A stretch of 64,000 nt of DNA from Kiritimatiellia bacterium (GTDB taxonomy: Bacteria > Verrucomicrobiota > Kiritimatiellia > RFP12 > UBA1067): contig JBMNFY010000006.1 in assembly GCA_050949565.1 (NCBI GenBank), positions 1 through 64,000 of the forward strand. Direction: 5' to 3'. Position 1 is the stretch's first letter, and each line of letters starts with the position of its first letter. Under the pieces are notes generated by a model. The model made no database searches. It was not told where the DNA came from and worked only from the letters and a program-made list of their open reading frames with translations. Positions 29,685-39,190 of the stretch are shown here, in pieces. A program made the position numbers and the translations under genes.

Positions 29685-29785
29685 GAGGCTCTTGCAAAAC
29701 CTCTCGTGGCATGGGCGTCCCGCCCATGAAACACGGGCAAGATGCCCGTGCCACACCTGTAGGCAAGGGGTTTTGCAAGACCCTC
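29685..29785. mobile_element. MITE family 2, copy 1 (101 bp) carrying a REP-like doublet
   Basis: TIRs GAGGCTCTTGCAAAACCTCT / AGGGGTTTTGCAAGACCCTC (18/20); 4-bp TSD CAGA; interior GTGGCATGGGCGTCCCGCCCATG…CACGGGCAAGATGCCCGTGCCAC. Confidence 0.85.
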
Positions 29786-29814
29786 CAGAGAAAAGAAGAG
29801 GAGTGGGCAGAAAA

Positions 29815-30699
29815 GTGGCGATAAAAAGTATGACGGGGTTCGGTCGCGGCGAGGCGAGTGAGGGGGCTGTGAAGGTGGTGGTCGAGTTGAGCGCGGTCAA
29901 CCGCAAGCAGTTCGACTGTTCGGTTTCATTGCCGCGTGAACTGACAAGCCTCGACGCCAAGATTCAGGCGCTGGTGCGTACGCGTGTGACGCGGGGGTAC
30001 GTGAAGGGATCGGTGACGGTGTCGGCGGCCGAGCAGGCCGGTGCTGCTGATACGCTGGACCTTGCGCACCTCACGGCGCAGATCGACGCAGTACGCGCTG
30101 CGGCGCAGGCACTGGGGCTCACTGATGACCTGACAGCCTCCGCGTTGCTGCGCCTGCCGGACCTGCTGCGCCCGCGCGTGTTGCCGGACGATCCGCTTGA
30201 GGTCTGGCCGCTGGTGGAGCGGGCGGTGCAGGCCGCTCTGGAGAATCTGGAGGCGATGCGGCTGCGCGAAGGCGGCGCGTTGGAGCGGGATCTGCGTGAG
30301 CGTTTTACCGCGCTCGAAGTGTTGAGCCGTGAGATTGCGGAGTTGGCACCGGCGGTGCCGATCGCCTACAAGGCGATGCTGGAGCGGCGACTGGCCGAGT
30401 TGCTCGGCGACGGTCAATTGGTAGACCCCGCCTTGATCGCGCGCGAGGTGGCGGTTTTCGCCGATCGCTGCGACGTGAGTGAAGAGCTGACGCGACTCGC
30501 CAGCCACTTCGGGCAGGTCACCAAGGTCTTTGACACTGGCGGACCGTGCGGGCGTACGCTGGACTTCATCTGCCAAGAGATGTTCCGCGAGATCAACACA
30601 ACCGGATCAAAGGCCAATGACGCGGAGATTTCGCGCCTTGTGATCGCATTCAAAGCCGGACTCGAAGCCGCACGCGAGCAGGTGCAGAATGTTGAGTGA
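29815..30699 (+). CDS. yicC: YicC/YloC family endoribonuclease
   Basis: KSMTGFGRG, AVNRK, DVSEELTRL, GRTLDFICQEMFREINTTGSKA, REQVQNVE. Confidence 0.93.
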   Translation: MAIKSMTGFGRGEASEGAVKVVVELSAVNRKQFDCSVSLPRELTSLDAKIQALVRTRVTRGYVKGSVTVSAAEQAGAADTLDLAHLTAQIDAVRAAAQALGLTDDLTASALLRLPDLLRPRVLPDDPLEVWPLVERAVQAALENLEAMRLREGGALERDLRERFTALEVLSREIAELAPAVPIAYKAMLERRLAELLGDGQLVDPALIAREVAVFADRCDVSEELTRLASHFGQVTKVFDTGGPCGRTLDFICQEMFREINTTGSKANDAEISRLVIAFKAGLEAAREQVQNVE

Positions 30700-30750
30700 A
30701 CCTATTAGTTTGTCTTGGCAGTGCGCGGGATTTTTTCTATCCACAGATTA

Positions 30751-31074
30751 CAGATTTTTGGGTGGCTGTGCTCGGGTTTTTGGAACCACAGAGAGCACAG
30801 AGGGCACAGAGGTTTTTCGGGGGGGCATGGCTGCGGGTTTTAACCGCGAATGACGCGGATTGTCGCGAATAGGCATGGCCGCATAAATAGCCGCAGAGAA
30901 CGCAGAGAACGCAGATTTTTGGGTGGCTGTGCTCGGGTTTTTGGAACCACAGAGAGCACAGAGGGCACAGAGGTTTTTCGGGGGGGCATGGCTGCGGGTT
31001 TTAACCGCGAATGACGCGGATTGTCGCGAATAGGCATGGCCGCATAAATAGCCGCAGAGAACGCAGAGAACGCA
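30751..31074. repeat. Tandem duplication of a 161-bp unit built from 9-bp-periodic motifs
   Basis: Units start at 30751 and 30912; each holds AACCACAGAGAGCACAGAGGGCACAGAG, AACCGCGAATGACGCGGATTGTCGCGAAT and GCCGCAGAGAACGCAGAGAACGCA. Confidence 0.9.
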
Positions 31075-31150
31075 AAGGGAAGCCTTCAATTTTCATGAAG
31101 TTTCATGTGTTTCATGGTTCGGGTTTGTTTAACGCAGAACCTTTTACCTA

Positions 31151-31678
31151 TCAAATCGGCGAAGCTGAAAGGGCGGCGAGCGGCGAACGGTTGTGCAGGT
31201 GGGTGATGGCCAGCGCGAGGGCGTCGGCGGCGTCGTTCTGCGGCACTTCGGGGAGGTTGAGCAGCGTTTTGACCATCTTCTGGACCTGCTCTTTTTGTGC
31301 GCCGCCGGTGCCGACAACCGCCAGCTTGACGCGGCGCGGCTCGTATTCGTAAACCGGAATGCCCATGCGGGCACACTGCGCAATGATCGCGCCGCGCGCA
31401 TGGGAAAGGATCAGCATCGTTTTCACGTTCTTCGCGTAAAAGACACCTTCAATGGCGACCGCCTGTGGCTCATGTTCTTGGATCAGCTTTTCGATGCTCT
31501 CCTGCAAGTGCAACAGGCAGGCTGACAAAGGTCGGCCCGCCGGATTTTTCACGGTGCCGAAATAGACCGGCATCAGACGCGACCCCACCGCATCCAGAAC
31601 GCCCACGCCGGTTGAACGTAACGAGGTGTCGATACCGAGAACTCGGATGGGAGAGGACGGGGTTCGGGATGGTATCAT
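31151..31678 (-). CDS. ruvC: Holliday junction resolvase RuvC
   Basis: VLGIDTS, VAIEGVF, HARGA, YEP..VK, DAADALALA. Confidence 0.95.
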   Translation of the reverse strand: MIPSRTPSSPIRVLGIDTSLRSTGVGVLDAVGSRLMPVYFGTVKNPAGRPLSACLLHLQESIEKLIQEHEPQAVAIEGVFYAKNVKTMLILSHARGAIIAQCARMGIPVYEYEPRRVKLAVVGTGGAQKEQVQKMVKTLLNLPEVPQNDAADALALAITHLHNRSPLAALSASPI

Positions 31679-31876
31679 GGTTTCGGCCTGTAGGATAATG
31701 CCCCAGCGCCACGCGCACGTGCGTGAACATGAATCACAGGGCGGTTCGTACTATCGCAGGTCTAGGGAAACGGGGCAAGAGTATTTCACGTCATTTCAGT
31801 AATTTAAGATGGTTTAAGGACGCTAGGTATTATATCCTGATGCGGTTGTGTTAGGCCAGAACTAGGAGGATAGATC

Positions 31877-33247
31877 ATGATGAGAAATCGCAGGGAGTTT
31901 TTGAAGGGCGCGGTCTGCGCGGGTGGTGCCGCAGCCATGTTGGGGCAGACAGGCTGTACCACGTTTTCAGGGTTGACGGCGCAGCGGCGCAAGAGCATGG
32001 TTGGCTTCCGCGCTGAACCGTTGGAAAAAGTCCGCGTCGGTGTCATTGGTGTTGGACACCGCGGACCGGGCGCGGTCGGTCGGCTTTCGCGCATTCCCGG
32101 GGTCGAGGTCCGGGCGATCAGCGATCTGTTTGAAGACAGGGTGGCGAAGCAGATCAAGTCCTTGACCGATAAGGGTCTGCCTGCGCCGGAGGCTTACTTC
32201 GGCTCGCAGGACAGGTGGCGCGATTTGTGCGAATCCAACGAGATCGATTTGGTCTACATCTGCACGCCTTGGCTGTGGCATACGCCGATGGCGGTTTATG
32301 CGATGCAGTGCGGCAAACATGCGGCGGTCGAGGTGCCGGCCGCTATGACGCTGGAGCAGTGCTGGCTGCTGGTCAACACCTCAGAAGAGACACGCCGCCA
32401 CTGCATGATGCTGGAAAACTGTTGCTACGGCTACAACGAGATGCTGGCCCTGAATCTCTGCCGGAAGGGAGTGTTGGGCGATCTGGTGCATGGCGAAGCC
32501 GCCTACATCCACGACCTGCGCATGAGCAAGTTGCGTGAGAATAACGAGAACGGCTACCAGGGTCAGTGGCGGCTTGAGTGGTCCAAGCAACACACCGGCA
32601 ACCCATATCCGACGCACGGTCTCGGTCCGGTCTGCCAGTACATGGACATCAACCGCGGCGATCGCTTTGAGTACCTCACCTCGGTCAGCAGCAACCAGTT
32701 CGGCATCAGTCAGGCGGCTGCGGAGAAGTACGGCAAGGACAGTCCACAGGCTAAGATGCGCTATCGGCTGGGCGATATGAATAGCACGTTGATCCGCACC
32801 TACCGCGGGCGCACCATTCTGGTGCAGCACGACACCACCAGTCCGCGCCCCTACAGCCGCATCAATCTGATCTCCGGCACGCGCGGCATTCTGGCGGACT
32901 ATCCATTGCGCGTGGCGCTCGCACCCAACACGCATAACTGGATGAAAGATAGCGAATTGGAAGAGCTGAAGGCCAAGTACGTGCATCCGCTCTGGGATAA
33001 GAAAGGCGAGGCGGCCAAGAAGGCGGGCGGCCACGGCGGCATGGACTTCCTGATGGACCTGCGTCTTTGCCACTGCCTGCAGAACGGGCTGCCGCTTGAT
33101 ATCGACGTGTATGACACGGCGTTATGGAGTTCGTTGGTCGAGTTGACCGAGCAGTCGGTCGAGCGCGGCGGCAAGCCGGTGGACGTGCCTGACTTCACGC
33201 GCGGTGCCTGGAAGGTCGCCGAGCCGCTTGGCATTGTTACAGTGTGA
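31877..33247 (+). CDS. Tat-exported GH109-like NAD-dependent glycosidase (Gfo/Idh/MocA fold)
   Basis: RREFLK; CTPWLWH, EVPAA, MMLENCCY, YPTHGLGP, GGHGGMDF, PDFTRG. Confidence 0.88.
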   Translation: MMRNRREFLKGAVCAGGAAAMLGQTGCTTFSGLTAQRRKSMVGFRAEPLEKVRVGVIGVGHRGPGAVGRLSRIPGVEVRAISDLFEDRVAKQIKSLTDKGLPAPEAYFGSQDRWRDLCESNEIDLVYICTPWLWHTPMAVYAMQCGKHAAVEVPAAMTLEQCWLLVNTSEETRRHCMMLENCCYGYNEMLALNLCRKGVLGDLVHGEAAYIHDLRMSKLRENNENGYQGQWRLEWSKQHTGNPYPTHGLGPVCQYMDINRGDRFEYLTSVSSNQFGISQAAAEKYGKDSPQAKMRYRLGDMNSTLIRTYRGRTILVQHDTTSPRPYSRINLISGTRGILADYPLRVALAPNTHNWMKDSELEELKAKYVHPLWDKKGEAAKKAGGHGGMDFLMDLRLCHCLQNGLPLDIDVYDTALWSSLVELTEQSVERGGKPVDVPDFTRGAWKVAEPLGIVTV

Positions 33248-33261
33248 AGGTGGGGGACTGC

Positions 33262-34617
33262 ATGAATCGCAGATCATTCCTCATGGCAGCGGGAGCTGCG
33301 TCGGTGGCGGGGAATTTCACACGGCGGGCAAAGGCGCAGACGCCTCCGCCCAGTGCCAAGCTCTGCCACGCCTGCATTGGCGTGGGCGGCATGATGGGCG
33401 GGGTCGATCTGAGTAACTTCATCTCGCATCCCCGCCTTCAGATCGTCGCGCTGTGCGACGTGGACAAGAACAACTTGGCCGTAGCCGCCGAGAAGGTCCC
33501 GGGTGCGCGGACCTACACGGACTGGCGCGAGTTGCTGGCGAAGGAGGGCGACGCGATCGACTCCGTCAGCGTCTCGACCCCGGACCACATGCACGCGCCG
33601 ATCACCGTGTCGGCGCTTCGGGCGCGCAAGCACGTCTACTGCCAGAAGCCGCTCTGCCATGACGTCGCAGAGGCCATCACCATGATGCGTGAGGCCGAGA
33701 AGTCGGGATGTGTGACCCAACTCGGTACGCAGTACGCCTCCATGGTCGGCGACCGCATGGCCGTGCAGTACCTGCGGGAAGGCGCTCTGGGCGAGGTCAA
33801 GCGTATCATCCTCTTTCAGACCAGCGCGCCCGACCACACTGCACCGCGTCCGGCTCAGGGCTCGCCGGTGCCGCCCCATCTGATGTGGGATCTCTGGCTG
33901 GGCACCGCGCCGACGCGCGATTACGCCCCCCATATCTATCACCCGTGTATGTGGCGCGTCTGGCAGGATTTCGGCACGGGGCGGATGGGGGATAACCAGA
34001 GCCATCTGCTCGATTCGTCTTGGAAAGGGGTGGGGCTGACCGCGCCGTTGACCGTGAAGGCCGAGGTGGATGAGCGCTGGAAAAACGATGCTGCGCTACG
34101 TGCGGATACTTGGCCGCAGAGCAGACACGTAACCTGGACATTCCCCGGCAACAAAAAAACGGGCGGCAAGCCGATCACGGTGGAATGGTTCGACGGCGGG
34201 GGGAAACTGCCCGACGAGTGCTACACATACGCGAAAGAGATCGGACGGGACGCGCCCCCTGAATTTGGCTCGCTGGTGATCGGCTCGGAGGGGGCCATGT
34301 TCATGGAGCACGGCACCGCGCCGCGCCTGATTTCGGACGGGCGCTTGGACAACTATCCTAGACCGAAGCTGCCGGATCATCCCAGCCACTACCATCACTA
34401 TGTGGACGCCTGCCTCGGTGAGGTGAAGACCGAATCGCACTTCATGCAGTCGGGTCCGATGAGTCTGGCGATCCTGTTGGGTAATTGTGCGGTGCGGCTT
34501 CCTGGCACGGAGTTACAGTGGGACGCCGCCAACATGAAGGTTACCAATGTCCCGGAGGCCAACAAACTGGTCAGGCGGACCTACCGCGAGGGCTGGAACA
34601 TCCCTGGACTGGGATGA
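33262..34617 (+). CDS. Tat-exported Gfo/Idh/MocA family oxidoreductase
   Basis: NRRSFL; STPDHMH, HVYCQKPL, WDLWLGTAP, DFGTGRMGD. Confidence 0.88.
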   Translation: MNRRSFLMAAGAASVAGNFTRRAKAQTPPPSAKLCHACIGVGGMMGGVDLSNFISHPRLQIVALCDVDKNNLAVAAEKVPGARTYTDWRELLAKEGDAIDSVSVSTPDHMHAPITVSALRARKHVYCQKPLCHDVAEAITMMREAEKSGCVTQLGTQYASMVGDRMAVQYLREGALGEVKRIILFQTSAPDHTAPRPAQGSPVPPHLMWDLWLGTAPTRDYAPHIYHPCMWRVWQDFGTGRMGDNQSHLLDSSWKGVGLTAPLTVKAEVDERWKNDAALRADTWPQSRHVTWTFPGNKKTGGKPITVEWFDGGGKLPDECYTYAKEIGRDAPPEFGSLVIGSEGAMFMEHGTAPRLISDGRLDNYPRPKLPDHPSHYHHYVDACLGEVKTESHFMQSGPMSLAILLGNCAVRLPGTELQWDAANMKVTNVPEANKLVRRTYREGWNIPGLG

Positions 34618-34632
34618 GCGAGCACCGAGGGG

Positions 34633-34661
34633 TTGACAAAATGGGGGCGGGTGTTGAGAAT
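34633..34661 (+). promoter_or_regulatory. Putative sigma70 promoter of hexokinase
   Basis: TTGACA-17 bp-GAGAAT. Confidence 0.55.
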
Positions 34662-34694
34662 GTGACACCATCAATCACTGACGGAGGAGAGGGT

Positions 34695-35987
34695 ATGCGA
34701 GATCGGGAAGAGTTGTTTTTGAAAGAGAACGGGCTGGACGTTGACGGGATTGACCGCGCAAAGCTTCTGGCCGCATTTGCCGAAGAAATGGATGCCGGTC
34801 TGGCCGGCAAGCCGTCGTCGTTGATGATGATTCCGTCGTTCATCTCCATCGACCGGCCGGTGAAGACGGGAACCCCCGTGGTGGTGCTGGATGCGGGAGG
34901 CACCAATCTGCGCGCTGCGGTGGTTACCATTGACGACGCAGGACAGGCGCAGATCGGATCGTTCTCAAAAGGCGCGATGCCGGGTACGCAGGGGGAGATC
35001 AGTGCAGAAGCTTTCTTTGATGCCTTTGCGGATTTTCTGATGCCGGTTATTACCGAGTCGGAGTCGATCGGTTTTTGTTTTTCCTATCCGGCAGAGATCA
35101 CGCCGACCTGTGACGCGCGCCTGCTCCACTGGAGTAAGCAGATTGAGGTGCCCGAAGTGGTGGGGCAGATGATCGGTGCCGGTCTGTTGCGGCATCTGGC
35201 GCAGCGCGGATATGAGCGCCGCGTGGTGATTCTGAATGACACGGTGGCGACCCTGTTGGCGGGCAAGAGCGCAGGTATTGCCAAACCCTACTCGGCTTAC
35301 GTGGGTTTTATTCTCGGTACCGGCACCAACACGGCTTACGTGGAACGGAATGACCGTATCACCAAGCGCACGGACCTGGACCCTGCGGGATCTATGGTGA
35401 TCAATATCGAGTCGGGCAACTTCGGCCGCGTGCAGCAATCGGCCTTTGACAAGGCTCTGGGCGCACAGACGATTGACCCCGAGTATTACATCTTCGAAAA
35501 GATGATATCGGGTGCCTATCTGGGGTGGCTCGGCTTTATCGTGCTACGCGAAGCGGCGCAGGCCGGTCTGTTCTCGGCTGCCGCCGCAGATGAGTTGGAG
35601 CGGTGGGAGACACTGTCTAACAAACATCTCGATGACTTTTGCGGCGGCCGTCCTTTGGCGGACAACCCGTTTCTCGCGCCAGCCTTCAGCGAGGCGGACC
35701 GCGAGTCGGTGCGTCGTCTCTGCACGCCCGTGTATGCGCGCGCGGCGGTGCTGACTGCGGTGAACTTGGCCTCGGCAATCCTCAAGACCGGTGAGGGGCG
35801 CGATCCGGCGCGCCCGGTGTGCGTGAACGTGGACGGTTCCACCTATTACCGCACGTTGACGGCGGACTTCCAGCAGCGTGTTCAGCGCGAACTGGCCGCC
35901 TTGCTCACGCCGCGCGGTATCGCTTACGAACTGATCCGTGTGGACGACTCGCCGGTGATTGGTGCGGCGGTCGCCGGTCTTATGTGA
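34695..35987 (+). CDS. Hexokinase (eukaryote-type family)
   Basis: LDAGGTNLR, GFCFSYP, WSK, LNDTVATL, ILGTGTN, INIESGNF, FEKMISGAYLG; GGAGGAG RBS. Confidence 0.9.
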   Translation: MRDREELFLKENGLDVDGIDRAKLLAAFAEEMDAGLAGKPSSLMMIPSFISIDRPVKTGTPVVVLDAGGTNLRAAVVTIDDAGQAQIGSFSKGAMPGTQGEISAEAFFDAFADFLMPVITESESIGFCFSYPAEITPTCDARLLHWSKQIEVPEVVGQMIGAGLLRHLAQRGYERRVVILNDTVATLLAGKSAGIAKPYSAYVGFILGTGTNTAYVERNDRITKRTDLDPAGSMVINIESGNFGRVQQSAFDKALGAQTIDPEYYIFEKMISGAYLGWLGFIVLREAAQAGLFSAAAADELERWETLSNKHLDDFCGGRPLADNPFLAPAFSEADRESVRRLCTPVYARAAVLTAVNLASAILKTGEGRDPARPVCVNVDGSTYYRTLTADFQQRVQRELAALLTPRGIAYELIRVDDSPVIGAAVAGLM

Positions 35988-35994
35988 CTCTCGC

Positions 35995-38900
35995 TTAGTT
36001 GAGGAGCAACACGGTACCGCCGTTACCGCGCCGCACGATCAGCAGGCCCGTGCCGGAGAAGCGGGTGGCGTCTGTACGCTGTGCGCCACTGCCCGGTGCG
36101 CCGTATGTGCCGCCGGGCCGCTGTTTGTCCCCGAACCAGAGGGTGTCGACCGTAACGTTCACGTTGTTCGGGAGGTCGATCACGCCCGTGCCGTCCGCCG
36201 CGAAGGTGACGGCCGCGTCGCTGCAGAGGGCGGTGTTGTTGGAGAGCGAGAGCGTGCCACCCGCCACGATGACCTGAACGGCATCGGGCCCGAAGCTGCC
36301 GGTCGCGGTGACGGCGAGCACGCCGTTGCTGACGATCACGGCGCCGGAAAGGGCGTTGGTCTGACCGAGGGCGAACGTGCCGCTGCCGTCCTTGATGAAG
36401 GTGAGCGGTCCGCTCATGATGCTGCCGACGCGCGTGTAGCTGCTGGCGATGTCGCCGTTCACGATCAGTGTGGAGGGTACGGCGCAGAGGATCCGCTGGT
36501 AACCCTCGTTCGGTGTGCCGTTGAAGCCGTCCCAGTGCAGGTCGATGATACGTTTGAGCGCGAGCGTATGGCCGTTGAGATCCAACGTGGCCTTGTTGCC
36601 GGTGTTTTCGTATCCTTTGCCGATGTTCATCGGGGGCGGCGTCGCGAAAGCCGCGTCGGTCTCAAGCCGGATGTTGCCCTCAAGGAAACCGACACCGGCC
36701 ACTGTGTTGTCCGATGAGCGGATGACCAACGTCCCTTTGTCGTCGCGATTGAAATTTGCCGTGGGCATCGCGAAACGGCTATTCAAAATGGTGATCCCTC
36801 CATCGCGGAAAGAGGTAGTCACCGTGCCGGCGTTGGTGATGACGGTGCGTCCGAGCGAGCCGAGTGTGAAGGTGCTGCCGCCAGCACTGCCGATCTGCAA
36901 CTGGCCGTCCGAGGCGATCAGGATATCACCGTCCCAGCAGGCAGTGCTGCCGCTGGTCGTCCACAGGCCCGCGCGCCGTCCGCTACCGCCAGTGACGGTC
37001 AGGAGTTCGTCGGTTATGGTGACGCCGTCGGCGATCTTCAAGTGGTTGTAGCCGCCCGCCGTCCCGCCGCGCAGCACGGTGCCACCTACCGTCGAGCCGA
37101 GCGCGCGGTCACTGTAAAGCGTGAAGGTCTTGGTCTGTTCTGCATAGCCGAACGTCGCGGTACCGTCAAACGTGTTGGTGCCGCGCAGGTCGGCCGAACT
37201 GCCGAGCGTAATGTCGCCGGGGCCCTCGATGATCGCCGTTGCCGATTGGGAGAAGGTGCCCGCACCGGGGCGTACGGTGATCTCTGTGCCGATGGCGAGC
37301 GTGCCTTCCAGTGTCAGTGCGCCGCCGCCTTCATACGTGCTGCCGACGATCTGCCCGACGGTCAGCGTGTTGTACTGATGCCGCCCCTTGAGCGTCAGTG
37401 CGGCGGCGCCGAGTTTGACCACATCGTGCGCGGCGAGTGTGTGGACATCGGCGTCCAGCGTGTAGGCGTTGTTGGTCGCGGCCAGCGTCACGTCGTGCGG
37501 TGCCACATCCGTCGCGAGCAACACCGGTACGGAGGCGACACCACTGTCGTCGAACAGCACATCGGTGCCGTCACTGAAAAGTGCGTCCGCAGGCAGCCAG
37601 TTGCCGGACGTGAAGTCCCAGGTATTGGCGGCGGCGTTGCCCTGCCAAGTCATGCGCGGCACGGTGCCCGAACCGGTCACTTCCAGCGTTACGGCGGTTG
37701 CACCGATCGTCAAGGTGGCGTTGGGGTAGGCGACCGTCAGGGCGAGGGTGCCGTCGCCGCTGTAGGAGGGATAGGTGATGAGCGGGTAGCTGCCGGGGGG
37801 CAGTCCGCTCTCGGGCAGGGTGAGGGTCAGGGTACCCGCGCCGAGAAGCGCAAGCGGTCCGCCCAGCGCGAGACAGTCGGAAACACCATCGGCCGGGGCG
37901 CGCAGGTCGAAGCTCATTGTGACCGAGTCAAGCGTCACGCCTGCCGCATGCGCGAGCGTGAGGGTGCCGTACCCGTTGCCGGCGAGCGTCAGCCCGACAC
38001 CGGATGCTAAAGAGACAGCGCTGTAGACGGTGCCGGTGCCGCCGAGGGCCGCGCCGGTAGAGACGGAAAGCGTAGGGCTCGCGTTCGTGGGGCTGTTGAT
38101 CAGTAGCGTGCCGGCGCTCACGGTGGTGGACCCAGTGAAGGTGTTGGTGGCCGTCAAGATCAGCGTGCCGAAGTCGGTCTTCTTGAACGGTCCCTCGCCG
38201 CCGATCAGGCAGTCGATGGTCACGGTGGCGTCTCTGGCAATTTCAAAGCAGCCGCCGGGATAGATGTGCGATTTTGGGTTGTTCTCGTTGTTGAGCCAGA
38301 TGCCGCGGTTGGGATCGTCGAGCGTCAGGGTGTTCTGGGCGCGCAGGACCGAGCCGTTCAGCGTCAGTTGTTGGGGATTCCACGTCGGCGGGTTGCCGCC
38401 TAGATTGTTTTCGTCATAGATCGAGAACTTGCCGGTTCCGATCATCGTGATGGGGCCGGTGAAGGCGGTGTTGTCAGCCTGCAACAAAATCTCTTTCATA
38501 TCACCTGTGGGGCGCGGGATGAAAAGTTTTAGTGCGCCACTGCCCGTGAGCGGGGCGAAAATTTGGAGAATACGGCGGTCTTCCTCATGGCCAGTACCAA
38601 AGGTCGCTGTCGCGTCCTCCGGGATGGTGATGGCACCGTAGACTTTTGCGGTGGTGTGGCCCGTACCATTGTTGATTGCTCCACGCAGGATCATGGCGGG
38701 AACCGTGATCGAACCATTGTTGGGACCTTTGCAGAGGATGTTGCCGGTGACGGTCAACAGGTCACCCGCGAAGGTATGGCTGCTGCCCGAGGGCGGCGTG
38801 CGCAACTGGTGGTTGGCCACATAGGTGTGACCGGCTTTGGGCGCTTGCCCGTCATCCCACTGTCCGCCGGTATTAAACGACGAGGTGTTCATCGGGTCAC

Positions 38901-38997
38901 TGGTCTTCATGGTGTGTTCGGTCGACTGGGCCAAACTCACGCAGGGGAGAGCGGCTATGATGACAAGCATGTGAAGCAATGGGCGGATCGTTCTCAT
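35995..38997 (-). CDS. Secreted autotransporter-associated beta-strand-repeat protein (~1000 aa) without a translocator barrel
   Basis: Signal peptide MRTIRPLL…VSLA; repeats KTDFGTLILTATNTFTGSTTVSAGTL and KDGSGTFALGQTNALSG; ends …RRGNGGTVLLLN. Confidence 0.85.
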   Translation of the reverse strand: MRTIRPLLHMLVIIAALPCVSLAQSTEHTMKTSDPMNTSSFNTGGQWDDGQAPKAGHTYVANHQLRTPPSGSSHTFAGDLLTVTGNILCKGPNNGSITVPAMILRGAINNGTGHTTAKVYGAITIPEDATATFGTGHEEDRRILQIFAPLTGSGALKLFIPRPTGDMKEILLQADNTAFTGPITMIGTGKFSIYDENNLGGNPPTWNPQQLTLNGSVLRAQNTLTLDDPNRGIWLNNENNPKSHIYPGGCFEIARDATVTIDCLIGGEGPFKKTDFGTLILTATNTFTGSTTVSAGTLLINSPTNASPTLSVSTGAALGGTGTVYSAVSLASGVGLTLAGNGYGTLTLAHAAGVTLDSVTMSFDLRAPADGVSDCLALGGPLALLGAGTLTLTLPESGLPPGSYPLITYPSYSGDGTLALTVAYPNATLTIGATAVTLEVTGSGTVPRMTWQGNAAANTWDFTSGNWLPADALFSDGTDVLFDDSGVASVPVLLATDVAPHDVTLAATNNAYTLDADVHTLAAHDVVKLGAAALTLKGRHQYNTLTVGQIVGSTYEGGGALTLEGTLAIGTEITVRPGAGTFSQSATAIIEGPGDITLGSSADLRGTNTFDGTATFGYAEQTKTFTLYSDRALGSTVGGTVLRGGTAGGYNHLKIADGVTITDELLTVTGGSGRRAGLWTTSGSTACWDGDILIASDGQLQIGSAGGSTFTLGSLGRTVITNAGTVTTSFRDGGITILNSRFAMPTANFNRDDKGTLVIRSSDNTVAGVGFLEGNIRLETDAAFATPPPMNIGKGYENTGNKATLDLNGHTLALKRIIDLHWDGFNGTPNEGYQRILCAVPSTLIVNGDIASSYTRVGSIMSGPLTFIKDGSGTFALGQTNALSGAVIVSNGVLAVTATGSFGPDAVQVIVAGGTLSLSNNTALCSDAAVTFAADGTGVIDLPNNVNVTVDTLWFGDKQRPGGTYGAPGSGAQRTDATRFSGTGLLIVRRGNGGTVLLLN

Positions 38998-39051
38998 GGC
39001 AGTTGCTCCTTTTCTGTTTCTGTTTCGTATCGTATGACGGCGAAAAATAAT

Positions 39052-39190
39052 GAGGTCTTGCAAAACCCTTCGTGGCATGGGCGTCCCGCCCATGAAACAC
39101 GGGCAAGATGCCCGTGCCACACCCATGAAACACGGGCAAGATGCCCGTGCCACACCTACACCTGCAAGCAAAGGGTCTGGCAGGAGCCTC
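39052..39190. mobile_element. MITE family 2, copy 2 (REP arm duplicated)
   Basis: Ends GAGGTCTTGCAAAACCCTT / AAGGGTCTGGCAGGAGCCTC; 4-bp TSD TAAT (39048-39051, 39191-39194); same REP interior plus an extra CCCATGAAACACGGGCAAGATGCCCGTGCCACA. Confidence 0.8.

Noticed and set aside
30751-31074. CRISPR array or coding repeat
   Set aside because: Two identical 161-bp units; the linker is too short and variable for a CRISPR repeat; the ORFs over it are repeat translations.
38998-39171. N-terminal extension (GVARASCPCFM repeats) of the 1058-aa ORF; likewise 29692-29814 before yicC
   Set aside because: Translation of MITE 2/REP DNA; RBS and signal peptide or family start point to 38997 and 29815.
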